From positions 224,001 through 288,000 of the forward strand of contig CAXXNO010000006.1 in NCBI GenBank assembly GCA_963663235.2: DNA of 64,000 bases. Reading direction: 5' to 3'. Below the pieces are notes generated by a model, which searched no databases, had not been told where the DNA came from, and saw only the letters and a program-made list of their open reading frames with translations. Of this stretch, positions 28,292 to 37,582 are shown in pieces. The translations under genes and the position numbers were made by a program. Each line of letters starts with the position of its first letter. Position 1 is the stretch's first letter. This DNA is from Dehalococcoidia bacterium. GTDB lineage: Bacteria; Chloroflexota; Dehalococcoidia; Bin125.

Positions 28292-29890
28292 TTACGTCGT
28301 GGCGTGTCCCCGGCGGAGCGCCCTGCCGGGGAGCGCCCCCGTGTTCGTCCCGTTCTCGATGACGACGCGGCCGTTGACGATGACGTAGTCGATGCCCAGC
28401 GGGTACTGCTTGGGATCCTCCTTAGTGGCGGGCGCCTTCACCGTCTGCGGGTCAAAGATCACGATGTCGGCGCGGAAGCCGTCGCGGAGGAGGCCGCGGT
28501 CGGGGAGGCCCAGGCGCTGGGCGGGGAAGGAGGTCATCTTGCGGATGGCCTCGGGCAAGCGGAGCCGCCGCTCGGCGCGGACGAACTCGGCCAGCACGAC
28601 GGGGAAGCAGCCGTAAGTGCGGGGGCTGGGGAACTCGCCGAGGAGGATGGCGTCGCTGGCGATCATCCCGGCGGGGTGGGAGACGAACTCGGCCAGCGTC
28701 GCTTGATTGGTCCCCAAGCCCACGTAGGAGATGCCGAGGTTCTCATCGACGAGGAGGTCGAGAAACACGTCGATGGGGTCCTGATCGCGCAGCTCAGCGA
28801 TCTCCTGGATCGAGTGGCCGTCGTACTTGAGGTTCTCCGGCTTCTGGAAGTTCGTGAGCCAGGCGTTGCCCCAAGTGACGCCCATGCCGGTGCGATCCCC
28901 CTCGCCCAGCATCTCCGCCTTGATGCGGGCGCGGTCGCCTGGGTCCTGGAGCACGGCCATCAACCGCTCGGGCCCGCCGTCCTTGGTCCAATCCGGCAGC
29001 ATGATGGTGGGCGTGGTGCCGGAATAGGGATAGGTGTAGCAATCGAAGGTGACGTCCATGCCGGCGTCGCGGGCGTCCTCGACCAAGCCCAGGTAGTCGA
29101 GGTGGCTGCCGTCGCCCTGGTAGCGCTGCCGGTAGTGGGTCAGGTGGACCGCGCTCTCGCCGCGACGGCCGATCTCCAGGGCCTCCTCCCACGGGGCCAG
29201 CCGCCCCTTGGTGCGGAGACCGGCGCGGGTGTGCGTGTGGTAGAAGCCGCCGTAGCGGGCCGAGACCTCTGCTAGGGCGACCAGCTCGTCGGTGTCGGCG
29301 TAAGCGCCGGGCGGGTAGTCGAGACCGGACGAGAGGCCCCATGCGCCCTCCTGCATCGCCTCCGCGGTGACGGCTTTCATCTCCTGCAGCTCGCGCTTGC
29401 CGGCGGGGCGGTCGTTCCAGCCCACGGCCCAGATGCGCACCGGGGAGTTGCCCAAGATGAAGGCGATGTTGATGGCGACGCGGTTGTCGTAGCGCGAGAG
29501 CATGTCGGCGACCGTGAGCCAGTCGGCCGGCTGAGGCGGGTAGCCGTTGAGGCCGGCGTCGAGCCAGATGTAGCGCTGGAGCTCCTCCGCCGACTTGAAG
29601 GGCGCGTGCGAGATGCCGTCGATGCCGATCAGCTCCGTGGTAACGCCCTGGCGCACCTTGGGGTCGTGGTGGGGCTGGCCGAAGATCGTCAGTCCCGCGT
29701 GCGAGTGCAGGTCGATGAAGCCGGGGCAGACGACGGAGCCGGTGGCGTCGATCTCACGCGCGGCGGTGAGGTGAGAGACATCGCCGCGGTGGAGGCTCAG
29801 CGTTTCATTGTCGACGAGCACAGCGGCGTGGAAGCCGGGGCTGCCGCTGCCGTCGATCACGAGGCCGTTCTTGATGAGCAGCTCGGGCAT
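28292..29890 (-). CDS. N-acyl-D-amino-acid deacylase family amidohydrolase
   Basis: LIKNGLVIDGSG, PGFIDLHSH, GLDYPPG, YPY, PRTYGCFP, KMTSFPA, ADIVIFDP. Confidence 0.92.
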   Translation of the reverse strand: MPELLIKNGLVIDGSGSPGFHAAVLVDNETLSLHRGDVSHLTAAREIDATGSVVCPGFIDLHSHAGLTIFGQPHHDPKVRQGVTTELIGIDGISHAPFKSAEELQRYIWLDAGLNGYPPQPADWLTVADMLSRYDNRVAINIAFILGNSPVRIWAVGWNDRPAGKRELQEMKAVTAEAMQEGAWGLSSGLDYPPGAYADTDELVALAEVSARYGGFYHTHTRAGLRTKGRLAPWEEALEIGRRGESAVHLTHYRQRYQGDGSHLDYLGLVEDARDAGMDVTFDCYTYPYSGTTPTIMLPDWTKDGGPERLMAVLQDPGDRARIKAEMLGEGDRTGMGVTWGNAWLTNFQKPENLKYDGHSIQEIAELRDQDPIDVFLDLLVDENLGISYVGLGTNQATLAEFVSHPAGMIASDAILLGEFPSPRTYGCFPVVLAEFVRAERRLRLPEAIRKMTSFPAQRLGLPDRGLLRDGFRADIVIFDPQTVKAPATKEDPKQYPLGIDYVIVNGRVVIENGTNTGALPGRALRRGHATT

Positions 29891-30163
29891 GGTGCGCCTC
29901 CGAAGGTCAGACAGCAGCCGGCGCGGAGTCTAACACGGGGCGGCGGCGAGGAGGCAGCGGACCGACAGGTCGCGATTCACTGCTCTTCGCAACACCCGGT
30001 TCGATCAGCGCTGATACAGATGACGGCTAAGGATCATTGCGCCCTTTTGCGGCGCCCTGTTAGCGTCCGGCGTGGTCGCAAGGGAGACTCCAACACCGGG
30101 GAGCGGTGCTCCCGACGCCGCCGCGGGCCGCCGCGGATGGCACGGAGCGCACTGGGAAGTCCT

Positions 30164-31441
30164 ATGCCACGCGTTTGGCGACGCCTTCGACGCATCCGCC
30201 GCAGCAACTTCGTTGTCACGACATTGCTGATCACGGCGCTGGTCCTCATGGTCGTCGTGAACTTCGACAGCGAGGCGGAGGTCTTCGAACCGCCCGAGGC
30301 CGTGTCGCGATCGCCGGAGACCCCGATGGTGATCCCCGCTGGGGAGCCGATCGTGCTCGGGTTCTCCGGACCCCTCACCGGCCCGGCGGCGAGGCTCACT
30401 GGTATCCTGGCCAATGCGGCCATCGCCGGTGCGCTGCGCTGGAAGGAGCTGAATGGTGACCTCATCCACGGCCACCGCGTCGATCTCGTAGGCGAGGATG
30501 ACGGCGGGACCGAAGAGGACGTGGCCGTCGTGGCGGCCAACCTGCTCCTCGCGCGCCCGCGCCTGGTCGGCATTGTCGGCCCCATCTTCAGCGCCACCGT
30601 GGTGGCCACGATCGACATCTACGCCGATGCGGGCGTCATCATAATCTCCGGGTCTGCCTCGCGTACCGATCTCACTCTCACCCAGTCCGAGCCGGGCTTC
30701 TTTTTCCGCACCGCGTTCACCAACGCGCTGGAGGCCCCCCGGCAAGCCGAGATCCTCATCGAGCGGCTCGGGACGGGAACGGCGTTCATCATCGACGACC
30801 GCGAGGCGTACGGCATCGACCTCGCCCAAAGCGCCGTCGCGCCCCTCCGCGCCGCCGGTTGGGAGATCGTTCGCGAGAGCGTCCCGCAGGGCACCGTGGA
30901 CTTCAGCGAGACCATTGCACGGATTGGCTCCGCCGGCGCCGACGCGGTCATCTACGAAGGCTTCAACCCGGATGGGGCCCTGCTCCTGGGACAGCTTCGC
31001 GACAGCGGCTATACGGGAACGTTCGTTGGCGGGGACGGGGTCGTCTCCCAAGTCGGCTTCCTAGACGTGCTCGGCGATCGCGCCGAAGGCGCAATCCTCA
31101 CCGGCTGTCCCGACACGCTCAGCGGCGACTTCTTGCGTGTTTGGCAGGCGGGCGGGGGTGATACCGTACCGCCCATTATTCCCTTCCTCGGCAGCACCGC
31201 CGACGCGGCCTTCCTCCTCATCGACGCCGTCGCCCGCGTGGCTGAGCCGCAGCCGGATGGTTCCCTCCTTATCCATCCCCTGAAACTCCGCGACGCGATC
31301 GCCGCGACACAAACCGTCGGCTGGGCATCCGGGCGCGCGATCGCATTCGACCAGCAGGGTGATCGCCTCGGCAGCGGCGCTGATACCGGGTTGGTGGCGT
31401 GCGAAGTCCGCGACGGCGCCTTCGTGGAGATCGCGTCGTGA
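30164..31441 (+). CDS. branched-chain amino acid-type (LivK-like) substrate-binding protein, membrane-anchored
   Basis: GPLTGPAA, EDD, VGPIFS, FFRT, YG..LA, DFS motifs; N-terminal TM; start may be 30137. Confidence 0.85.
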   Translation: MPRVWRRLRRIRRSNFVVTTLLITALVLMVVVNFDSEAEVFEPPEAVSRSPETPMVIPAGEPIVLGFSGPLTGPAARLTGILANAAIAGALRWKELNGDLIHGHRVDLVGEDDGGTEEDVAVVAANLLLARPRLVGIVGPIFSATVVATIDIYADAGVIIISGSASRTDLTLTQSEPGFFFRTAFTNALEAPRQAEILIERLGTGTAFIIDDREAYGIDLAQSAVAPLRAAGWEIVRESVPQGTVDFSETIARIGSAGADAVIYEGFNPDGALLLGQLRDSGYTGTFVGGDGVVSQVGFLDVLGDRAEGAILTGCPDTLSGDFLRVWQAGGGDTVPPIIPFLGSTADAAFLLIDAVARVAEPQPDGSLLIHPLKLRDAIAATQTVGWASGRAIAFDQQGDRLGSGADTGLVACEVRDGAFVEIAS

Positions 31442-33837
31442 CCAACGCACCAGGAAAGAACGAAGTTCCTCTGGCCGCGTCGTCGATCACCGGACGCGTG
31501 GCGCTGTGGTCCATCCGGCATCGCCGCCGCGTGGTGCTGGCCTGGCTCGTCCTCATCATCGCCGGGCTCGGCGCGTGTTTCATGGTGCCCGCCGACACCG
31601 ACATCGACGAAGAGGGCACAGGCGAATCGCAGGAGGCCGCGTCGCTCTTCGAGGAGCGGTTCGGGGCGGACGAAGAACCGTTGACGGAGTTCCTCGTCGT
31701 CTCGCACGACTCTCTGAGCGTGAACAGCCGGGTGTTCCGTAGCCTCGTCAACGGCGTCGTCGCGGATCTGCGCGCCCTGCGCACACGCGACACCTTCGAG
31801 GTACTTGGGACCAACGTCGAAGGCAGCCTGCGCTTCGTGGCGGACACCACCACGCACTACGACACGGGCCTGCCGCGCACGGCGTCTCCGTTCGTCACCC
31901 GCAACGAAACCGGCGGCGACATCACGTTTGTCTTGATCGAGCTGGAGCCCGAGTTCGACGATGCGATCGATGGGGTGGGCATCTTCACGGATGTGATCGA
32001 CCGCGCCGCCGAAGCCAACCCCGAGTTCGCGATCGTCGTGGGCGGATTCGTGACCGCGGAGGAGCAGCTCAGCACGATCCTCGAAGACGATTTCGCCAAA
32101 GCCTCCCTGATCAGCTTGCCGATCACCGCCATCATCCTGATTCTCGCCTTCGGCACCCTGGCCGCCGCGGTCTTCCCGCTAGCCATCGGTTTCGCCGTCG
32201 TCGGCATCTCCGTCGGTGTGATGAATCTGATCAGCCAGACGGTGATCCCGCTCAACGACTCCTTCGCGCAAGTCATCCTCCTGGTTGGGCTGGCCGCCGC
32301 GATCGACTACGGCGTCTACCTCGTCAGCCGCTACCGCCGTGACCGCCGGGCGGGATACCCGGAACTTGCGGCCGTGCTCTCTTCCATGGGCACGACCGGC
32401 AAAGCGATCCTGATCTCCGCCATGACGACGGTCTTGGCGCTCAGCGGCCTCTTCTTCCTCTCATCGGCGACCTTCACCAGCCTTGGGCTCGGCGCCATCG
32501 TCGCGATCATCGTCGCCGTGTCGATGGCGATGACGCTGATGCCCGCTTGGATGGCGATCGTCGGCGACGGCCTCAACCGCTGGGGCGAGCCCTTCATCGG
32601 CCGTGGCTTCGATGCCGCCGAAGGCGGCGGCATCGTGGCCGGCGGCATCGACCGCATGCTGAAGCGCCCGGCGATCTACGCGCCGCTCGCCGTGGGGGCG
32701 CTGATCGTCGTGGCCCTGCCGTTGTTCGCGATCAACCTAGGCCTCGACGGGATCCGATCGTTCTCCGACGACGTGGACGCCAAAGCGCCGCTGCTGGAGC
32801 TGGAGGAGAATTTCTCCCTCGGCCTGGTACAGCCCGCCTCGCTCGTCGTCGACGCCGGCGAGGAGGGCAGCGTCTTCAGCCCCGACGTGCAAGCGGCCAT
32901 CGCCCGCCTCAAAGCCAGCGTCGAGGCGGAAACGGCGTCGCCGGACAATCCGGACGGGATCTTCGGCGTTCCCATCCGCACGCGCACCAACGACGCGGCG
33001 AATACGCAACTGATCGACATTCCGATCAATGCCGACAGCAGCGACCCGGACTCCATCGCCACGGTGAAGCGGCTTCGCTCCGAGCTCATCCCTGCCGCGT
33101 TCGCAGACACCAGCGCCGAGGTGAAGGTCACGGGCGCCACGGCCGGCACCATCGATTTCGTCGACAAGGTGAACGCGCGGCTCCCCATCACCCTCGCCTT
33201 CGTCATCGGCGCGTCATTCCTGGTGCTGGTCGTGATGTTCCGCTCCATTCTGTTGCCCCTCGTCGCGATCCTGCTCAATCTGCTGGCGGTTGGTGCGGCC
33301 TTCGGCATCATGAAGTTGACCTTCCAGGACGGGTACCTCCTGGAAGGTCTGCTCAACTACGAAGCGACGGGCATCATCAACGCCTGGGTGCCGCTGTTTG
33401 TCTTCGCGATCATGTTCGGCATCTCCTTCGACGACCTCACCTTCGCGCTCGGCCGCGTCCGCGAGGGCCACGAACGCGGCGAAGACATCGACACGGCGGT
33501 GCGCGGCGGCCTCAAGTCCGTCGCCATGACGATCCTCGCCGCCGACTTGATCCTGGCGAGTGTCGTCGGCATCTTCGCGTTTATGCGCCTCATTGCGATG
33601 CAGCAGTTGGGGATAGCGATGGTCGCGGCGGTCGTGCTCGGCGCCCTGCTGGTCATCGTCATCGTCATGCCCGCGTTGCTGCGCGCCCTCGGCGATCGCA
33701 TCTGGTACTTCCCCTCCTGGCTCAACTGGATCCCCGTCGTCGCCAGCGACGACGCGGCGCTGCGCGCCATCTATGAGGGAGACGGACCCGGCGCGGAGCT
33801 CATCGAAGCGGAGCGCGCCCGAAACGCGGCCACCTAG
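31438..33837 (+). CDS. MMPL/RND family transporter
   Basis: Two repeats of TM + large loop + 5 TM; AIDYG..LVSRYR, TTGKAI, VTGATA, PALLRALG..W; GTG overlaps the upstream TGA. Confidence 0.92.
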   Translation: MTNAPGKNEVPLAASSITGRVALWSIRHRRRVVLAWLVLIIAGLGACFMVPADTDIDEEGTGESQEAASLFEERFGADEEPLTEFLVVSHDSLSVNSRVFRSLVNGVVADLRALRTRDTFEVLGTNVEGSLRFVADTTTHYDTGLPRTASPFVTRNETGGDITFVLIELEPEFDDAIDGVGIFTDVIDRAAEANPEFAIVVGGFVTAEEQLSTILEDDFAKASLISLPITAIILILAFGTLAAAVFPLAIGFAVVGISVGVMNLISQTVIPLNDSFAQVILLVGLAAAIDYGVYLVSRYRRDRRAGYPELAAVLSSMGTTGKAILISAMTTVLALSGLFFLSSATFTSLGLGAIVAIIVAVSMAMTLMPAWMAIVGDGLNRWGEPFIGRGFDAAEGGGIVAGGIDRMLKRPAIYAPLAVGALIVVALPLFAINLGLDGIRSFSDDVDAKAPLLELEENFSLGLVQPASLVVDAGEEGSVFSPDVQAAIARLKASVEAETASPDNPDGIFGVPIRTRTNDAANTQLIDIPINADSSDPDSIATVKRLRSELIPAAFADTSAEVKVTGATAGTIDFVDKVNARLPITLAFVIGASFLVLVVMFRSILLPLVAILLNLLAVGAAFGIMKLTFQDGYLLEGLLNYEATGIINAWVPLFVFAIMFGISFDDLTFALGRVREGHERGEDIDTAVRGGLKSVAMTILAADLILASVVGIFAFMRLIAMQQLGIAMVAAVVLGALLVIVIVMPALLRALGDRIWYFPSWLNWIPVVASDDAALRAIYEGDGPGAELIEAERARNAAT

Positions 33838-33932
33838 TCCCCGCGGCGCCACTGGAATTGACGATCCCGGCGCGGCTTCCCAGACTGGTGGAGCCGGAGC
33901 GCCAGGGGGCGCGCGAGCAGAGGGGGAGCGCC

Positions 33933-35717
33933 ATGCACGACCTCATCATCCGGGGCGGGACGGTAGTCGACGGGACGGGGGGCGCGCCGTTCGAAGCGGA
34001 CGTCGCCGTCGACGGGGGCGCGATCGCCAAGGTGGGGAAGGTGACGGGCAAGGCGCGGGAGGAGATCGACGCGCGCGGCCTGCTGGTGACGCCCGGGATC
34101 GTGGACATCCACACGCACTTCGACGCGCAGGTGACGTGGGACCCGATGTGCACGCCGTCCTGCTACCACGGCGTGACCACCGTCGTGTTCGGCAACTGCG
34201 GCGTGGGCTTCGCGCCCGCGGCGCCCGACGGGCACGCGTGGCTGATCGATTTGATGGAGGGGGTGGAGGACATCCCCAACGACACGATGGCCGAGGGGAT
34301 CCGCTGGAACTGGGAGAGCTACCCCGAGTACCTCGACTACGTGGAGGGGCTGCCGCTGATGCTGGACGTGGGCACGCAGATCCCGCACGCGGTCGTGCGG
34401 GCCTACGTGATGGGCGAGCGCGGGGCCAAGAACGAGCCGGCGACCGGGGAGGACATCGAGAAGATGGCGGCGATCGTGCGGGAAGCGATGCAGGTGGGGG
34501 CGCTGGGGCTCTCGATGTCGCGCACGATCAACCACCGCGCGGTGGACGGGGCGCGCTCCACAAAGACGAACCGCGTCCTGGGCGAGAACATGCCCGGCAC
34601 TTTCGCCGCCGAAGACGAGCTGCTGGGTCTGGGGCGGGTCCTGGGGGAGCTGGGCCGGGGGTTGTTGGAGATCGCGCCGGGAGGCATGACGGGGGACGAT
34701 CTCTCGCTGCCGTTCAAAGAGATCGCCTGGATGCGGCGGCTGGCCGGCGAGAGCGGACGGCCGGTGTTCCACGCGGTCACGCAGCACGACGTGGAACCGA
34801 ACCAGTGGAAGGAGTTGCTGGAGCTTTCCGCTGAGGCATCGGCGGAGGGGGCGCCGCTGGTGGCGCAAGTGGCGGCCCGGCCGATCGGGATCCTGCTGGG
34901 GCTGGATTCACGGCACCCGTTCGTGAAGGCGCCGTCGTTCGAGGACCTGAGGCCGCTGCCGCGGGCGGAGAAGGTCGCGCGGCTGCGCGATCCCGAGTTG
35001 CGGCGGCGACTGATCGACGAGGCGGAGCACCCCGACACGCCGGCGCTGGGGTTCATCGACCCGATGTGGCGGTTCACCGTGTTCGAGAAGATGTTTCCCC
35101 TGGACGATCCGCCGGACTACGAGCCGCCCCCCGAGCAAAGCCTGGCGACGGTGGCGGCGCGCGAAGGGCGCTCCGGCTTTGAGGTGTTCTACGACCGCAT
35201 GCTGGAGCAGGAAGGCCGCCAGATCTTCCTGGCGCCGTTGCTCAACTACAGCGATTACTCGCTGGACCCGACCTACGAGATGCTCACCCACCCGCACACC
35301 GTGGTCTCGCTGGGGGACGCGGGGGCGCACTGCGGCGTGATCTGCGACGCCAGCGGACCCACGACCCTGCTCTCGTTCTGGACGCGCGACCGCACGCGGG
35401 GCGCCACGATCCCGTTGGAGCGGGCGGTGAAGATGTGCACGCAGGACACGGCATCGCTGTACGGGCTGCACGATCGCGGGGTGATCCGGCCGGGGATGCT
35501 GGCGGACCTCAACGTGATCGACTACGACGCGCTGCGGTTGCGGTTGCCGGAGTTCCATCACGACCTGCCCGCGGGCGGGGGGCGCTGGGTGCAGAAAGCG
35601 GACGGCTATCGCTACACGATCAAGCGGGGCGTCGTGATCATGCGCGACGGCGCGCCCAGCGGGCTCTTGCCGGGGCGGCTGATCCGGGGAGAGCAGGCGG
35701 CTCCCGCGGGGGCGTAG
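33933..35717 (+). CDS. N-acyl-D-amino-acid deacylase family amidohydrolase
   Basis: [43 protein letters not shown]. Confidence 0.92.
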   Translation: MHDLIIRGGTVVDGTGGAPFEADVAVDGGAIAKVGKVTGKAREEIDARGLLVTPGIVDIHTHFDAQVTWDPMCTPSCYHGVTTVVFGNCGVGFAPAAPDGHAWLIDLMEGVEDIPNDTMAEGIRWNWESYPEYLDYVEGLPLMLDVGTQIPHAVVRAYVMGERGAKNEPATGEDIEKMAAIVREAMQVGALGLSMSRTINHRAVDGARSTKTNRVLGENMPGTFAAEDELLGLGRVLGELGRGLLEIAPGGMTGDDLSLPFKEIAWMRRLAGESGRPVFHAVTQHDVEPNQWKELLELSAEASAEGAPLVAQVAARPIGILLGLDSRHPFVKAPSFEDLRPLPRAEKVARLRDPELRRRLIDEAEHPDTPALGFIDPMWRFTVFEKMFPLDDPPDYEPPPEQSLATVAAREGRSGFEVFYDRMLEQEGRQIFLAPLLNYSDYSLDPTYEMLTHPHTVVSLGDAGAHCGVICDASGPTTLLSFWTRDRTRGATIPLERAVKMCTQDTASLYGLHDRGVIRPGMLADLNVIDYDALRLRLPEFHHDLPAGGGRWVQKADGYRYTIKRGVVIMRDGAPSGLLPGRLIRGEQAAPAGA

Positions 35718-35791
35718 GCCGGCGGGGCCGGAGGCCAGCTTCTCCAGATCCTCGTCGCGGAGGCGGTCGTAGAGCGCGACATCGACGGCGC

Positions 35792-37582
35792 TCAGCGGCG
35801 CAGGAAACGGCGGGCCAGGTCCTGGTTGGAGAGGCGCAAGAGGGTGGGGCGGCCGTGGGGGCAGGTGTGGGGGTTGAGGCAGCGTTCGAGGTCGCGCAGC
35901 AGGGCGCGCAGCTCCAGGGGCTCCAGGCGCTGGCCGGCGCGCACGGCGGCGTGGCAGGCGGCGGAGGCGGCCACGGGGTCGTGCCGCTCGGGGACGCGGT
36001 CGGGTCCGGCGAGGTCATCGAGGAGGGCCAGCAGCGCCGACCGGGCGTCGCCCGGAGCCCAGCAGGCGGGCAGGGCGCGCAGCCGCAGGGTGCGCTCGCC
36101 GAACGGCTCCAGCTCGAAGCCCAGGGCCGTCAGCGCCGCTTCGTGCCCGGCCAAGGCGGCGGCCTGCTCGGCCGAGAGCTCCAGCAAGGGCGGGTCGAGC
36201 AGCGGCTGGCGCGCCTCCGGGCCCGCCGGCGCGGCGAGCAGCCGCTCGTAGAGCACGCGCTCGTGCGCGCCGTGCTGGTCGATCAGGTAGAGCGCGTCGG
36301 GCCCCTCGGCCACCAAGAAAGTCGCGCCCACCTGGCCCAGCGCCCTCAGCGGGGGGATCGCAGGAGGCGCGGGCGTCGGGGGCGGGGAGGGGCTCGGGGC
36401 GAGGGCCGTCGCGGCGCCGGCGCCGGCGCCGGCGACGGGGGTGGCGGCGGTGGTGGCACGGCGCAGCGCCGCGGCCTCCGGTCCGGGGGGATCGGAAGGC
36501 GCGGGGAGGGGGAAGGCCGCCGCCGCGGGCGCGGCGGCGGCAGTGAACGGGGACGGATCCAGGGGGCGGGGACCGGCGGCTTGCAGCAGCGCCGCCCGCA
36601 GGGTGCGCTGGATGAGCGAGAAGGCCGCATCCTCATCGGCCAGCTTCACCTGGGCCTTGGTGGGGTGCACGTTGACGTCGACCCGGCCCGGCTCGGCCTC
36701 CAGGAAGCAGACGGCCAGCGGGTGGCGGCCGGCGGGGAGCAGCTCGCGGTAGGCCTCCTCCACGGCGTAGTTGAGCCGTCGCGAGGTCACGGGGCGCGCG
36801 TTGACGAAGAGGCGCAGCGCGTCGCGGCGGCCGCGGTGATGCTGGGGCGGGGCCGCCAGTCCCGTGAGGCGCAGGCCGGCCTCGGGCCGGGCGCCGCTGA
36901 AAGACAGCGCCGTCTCGGCCGGCTCGAGCCCCCAGAGAGCGCGCAGCACCGCGCGGCGCTCCCCTTCGCCGCCCGTGCTGAGGACCGCGCGTCCCTCGGC
37001 GCGCAGGTGAAGGGCCACGTCCGGCCGGGCCAGCGCCGCCTCGGCGCAGACCCGCGCGATGGCCGCCCGCTCGCCACGGGCCCCGGCCAGGAACTTGCGT
37101 CGCGCCGGCTGGCGGGCGAAGAGGTCGCGCGCCTCGACGGTGGTGCCCAGCGGCGCCCCCGCCGGCTCCAGCGGCGCGGGGCGGCCGTGCTGGATGCGCA
37201 GCCGCGCGCCCAGCGCTCGCTCAGGTGTGCGGCTGAGGCAGTCGATCTCGGCTACGGCGGCCACGCTGGGCAGCGCCTCGCCGCGGAAGCCGTAGCTACG
37301 GACGCCCGGCAGCTCCCGGGCCGCGCGCAGCTTGGAGGTGGCGTGGCGCTCGAAGGCGAGGGGCAGTTGCTGGGGCGGGATGCCGTGGCCGTCGTCGACC
37401 ACGCGGATCAGGTCGATGCCGGCGCCGGCCACGGTCACCTCGATCCGGGTCGCGCCGGCGTCGAGGGCGTTCTCCAGCAGCTCCTTGACCACGGAGGCTG
37501 GGCGCTCGATCACCTCGCCGGCGGCGATCTGGGCGGCGGCCTCGGGGGGCAGGCGGAGGATGGCGGGGCGGTCGTCGCTCAG
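35792..37582 (-). CDS. mutL: DNA mismatch repair endonuclease MutL
   Basis: IAAGEVIERPASVVKELLENALDAGA, HATSK, GFRGEAL, DVNVHPTK, DQHGAHER, CPHGRP; probable CTG start overlapping the mutS TGA. Confidence 0.96.
   Translation of the reverse strand: MSDDRPAILRLPPEAAAQIAAGEVIERPASVVKELLENALDAGATRIEVTVAGAGIDLIRVVDDGHGIPPQQLPLAFERHATSKLRAARELPGVRSYGFRGEALPSVAAVAEIDCLSRTPERALGARLRIQHGRPAPLEPAGAPLGTTVEARDLFARQPARRKFLAGARGERAAIARVCAEAALARPDVALHLRAEGRAVLSTGGEGERRAVLRALWGLEPAETALSFSGARPEAGLRLTGLAAPPQHHRGRRDALRLFVNARPVTSRRLNYAVEEAYRELLPAGRHPLAVCFLEAEPGRVDVNVHPTKAQVKLADEDAAFSLIQRTLRAALLQAAGPRPLDPSPFTAAAAPAAAAFPLPAPSDPPGPEAAALRRATTAATPVAGAGAGAATALAPSPSPPPTPAPPAIPPLRALGQVGATFLVAEGPDALYLIDQHGAHERVLYERLLAAPAGPEARQPLLDPPLLELSAEQAAALAGHEAALTALGFELEPFGERTLRLRALPACWAPGDARSALLALLDDLAGPDRVPERHDPVAASAACHAAVRAGQRLEPLELRALLRDLERCLNPHTCPHGRPTLLRLSNQDLARRFLRR

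Noticed and set aside
27206-29275. 689-aa plus-strand ORF
   Set aside because: Antisense to two clear amidohydrolases
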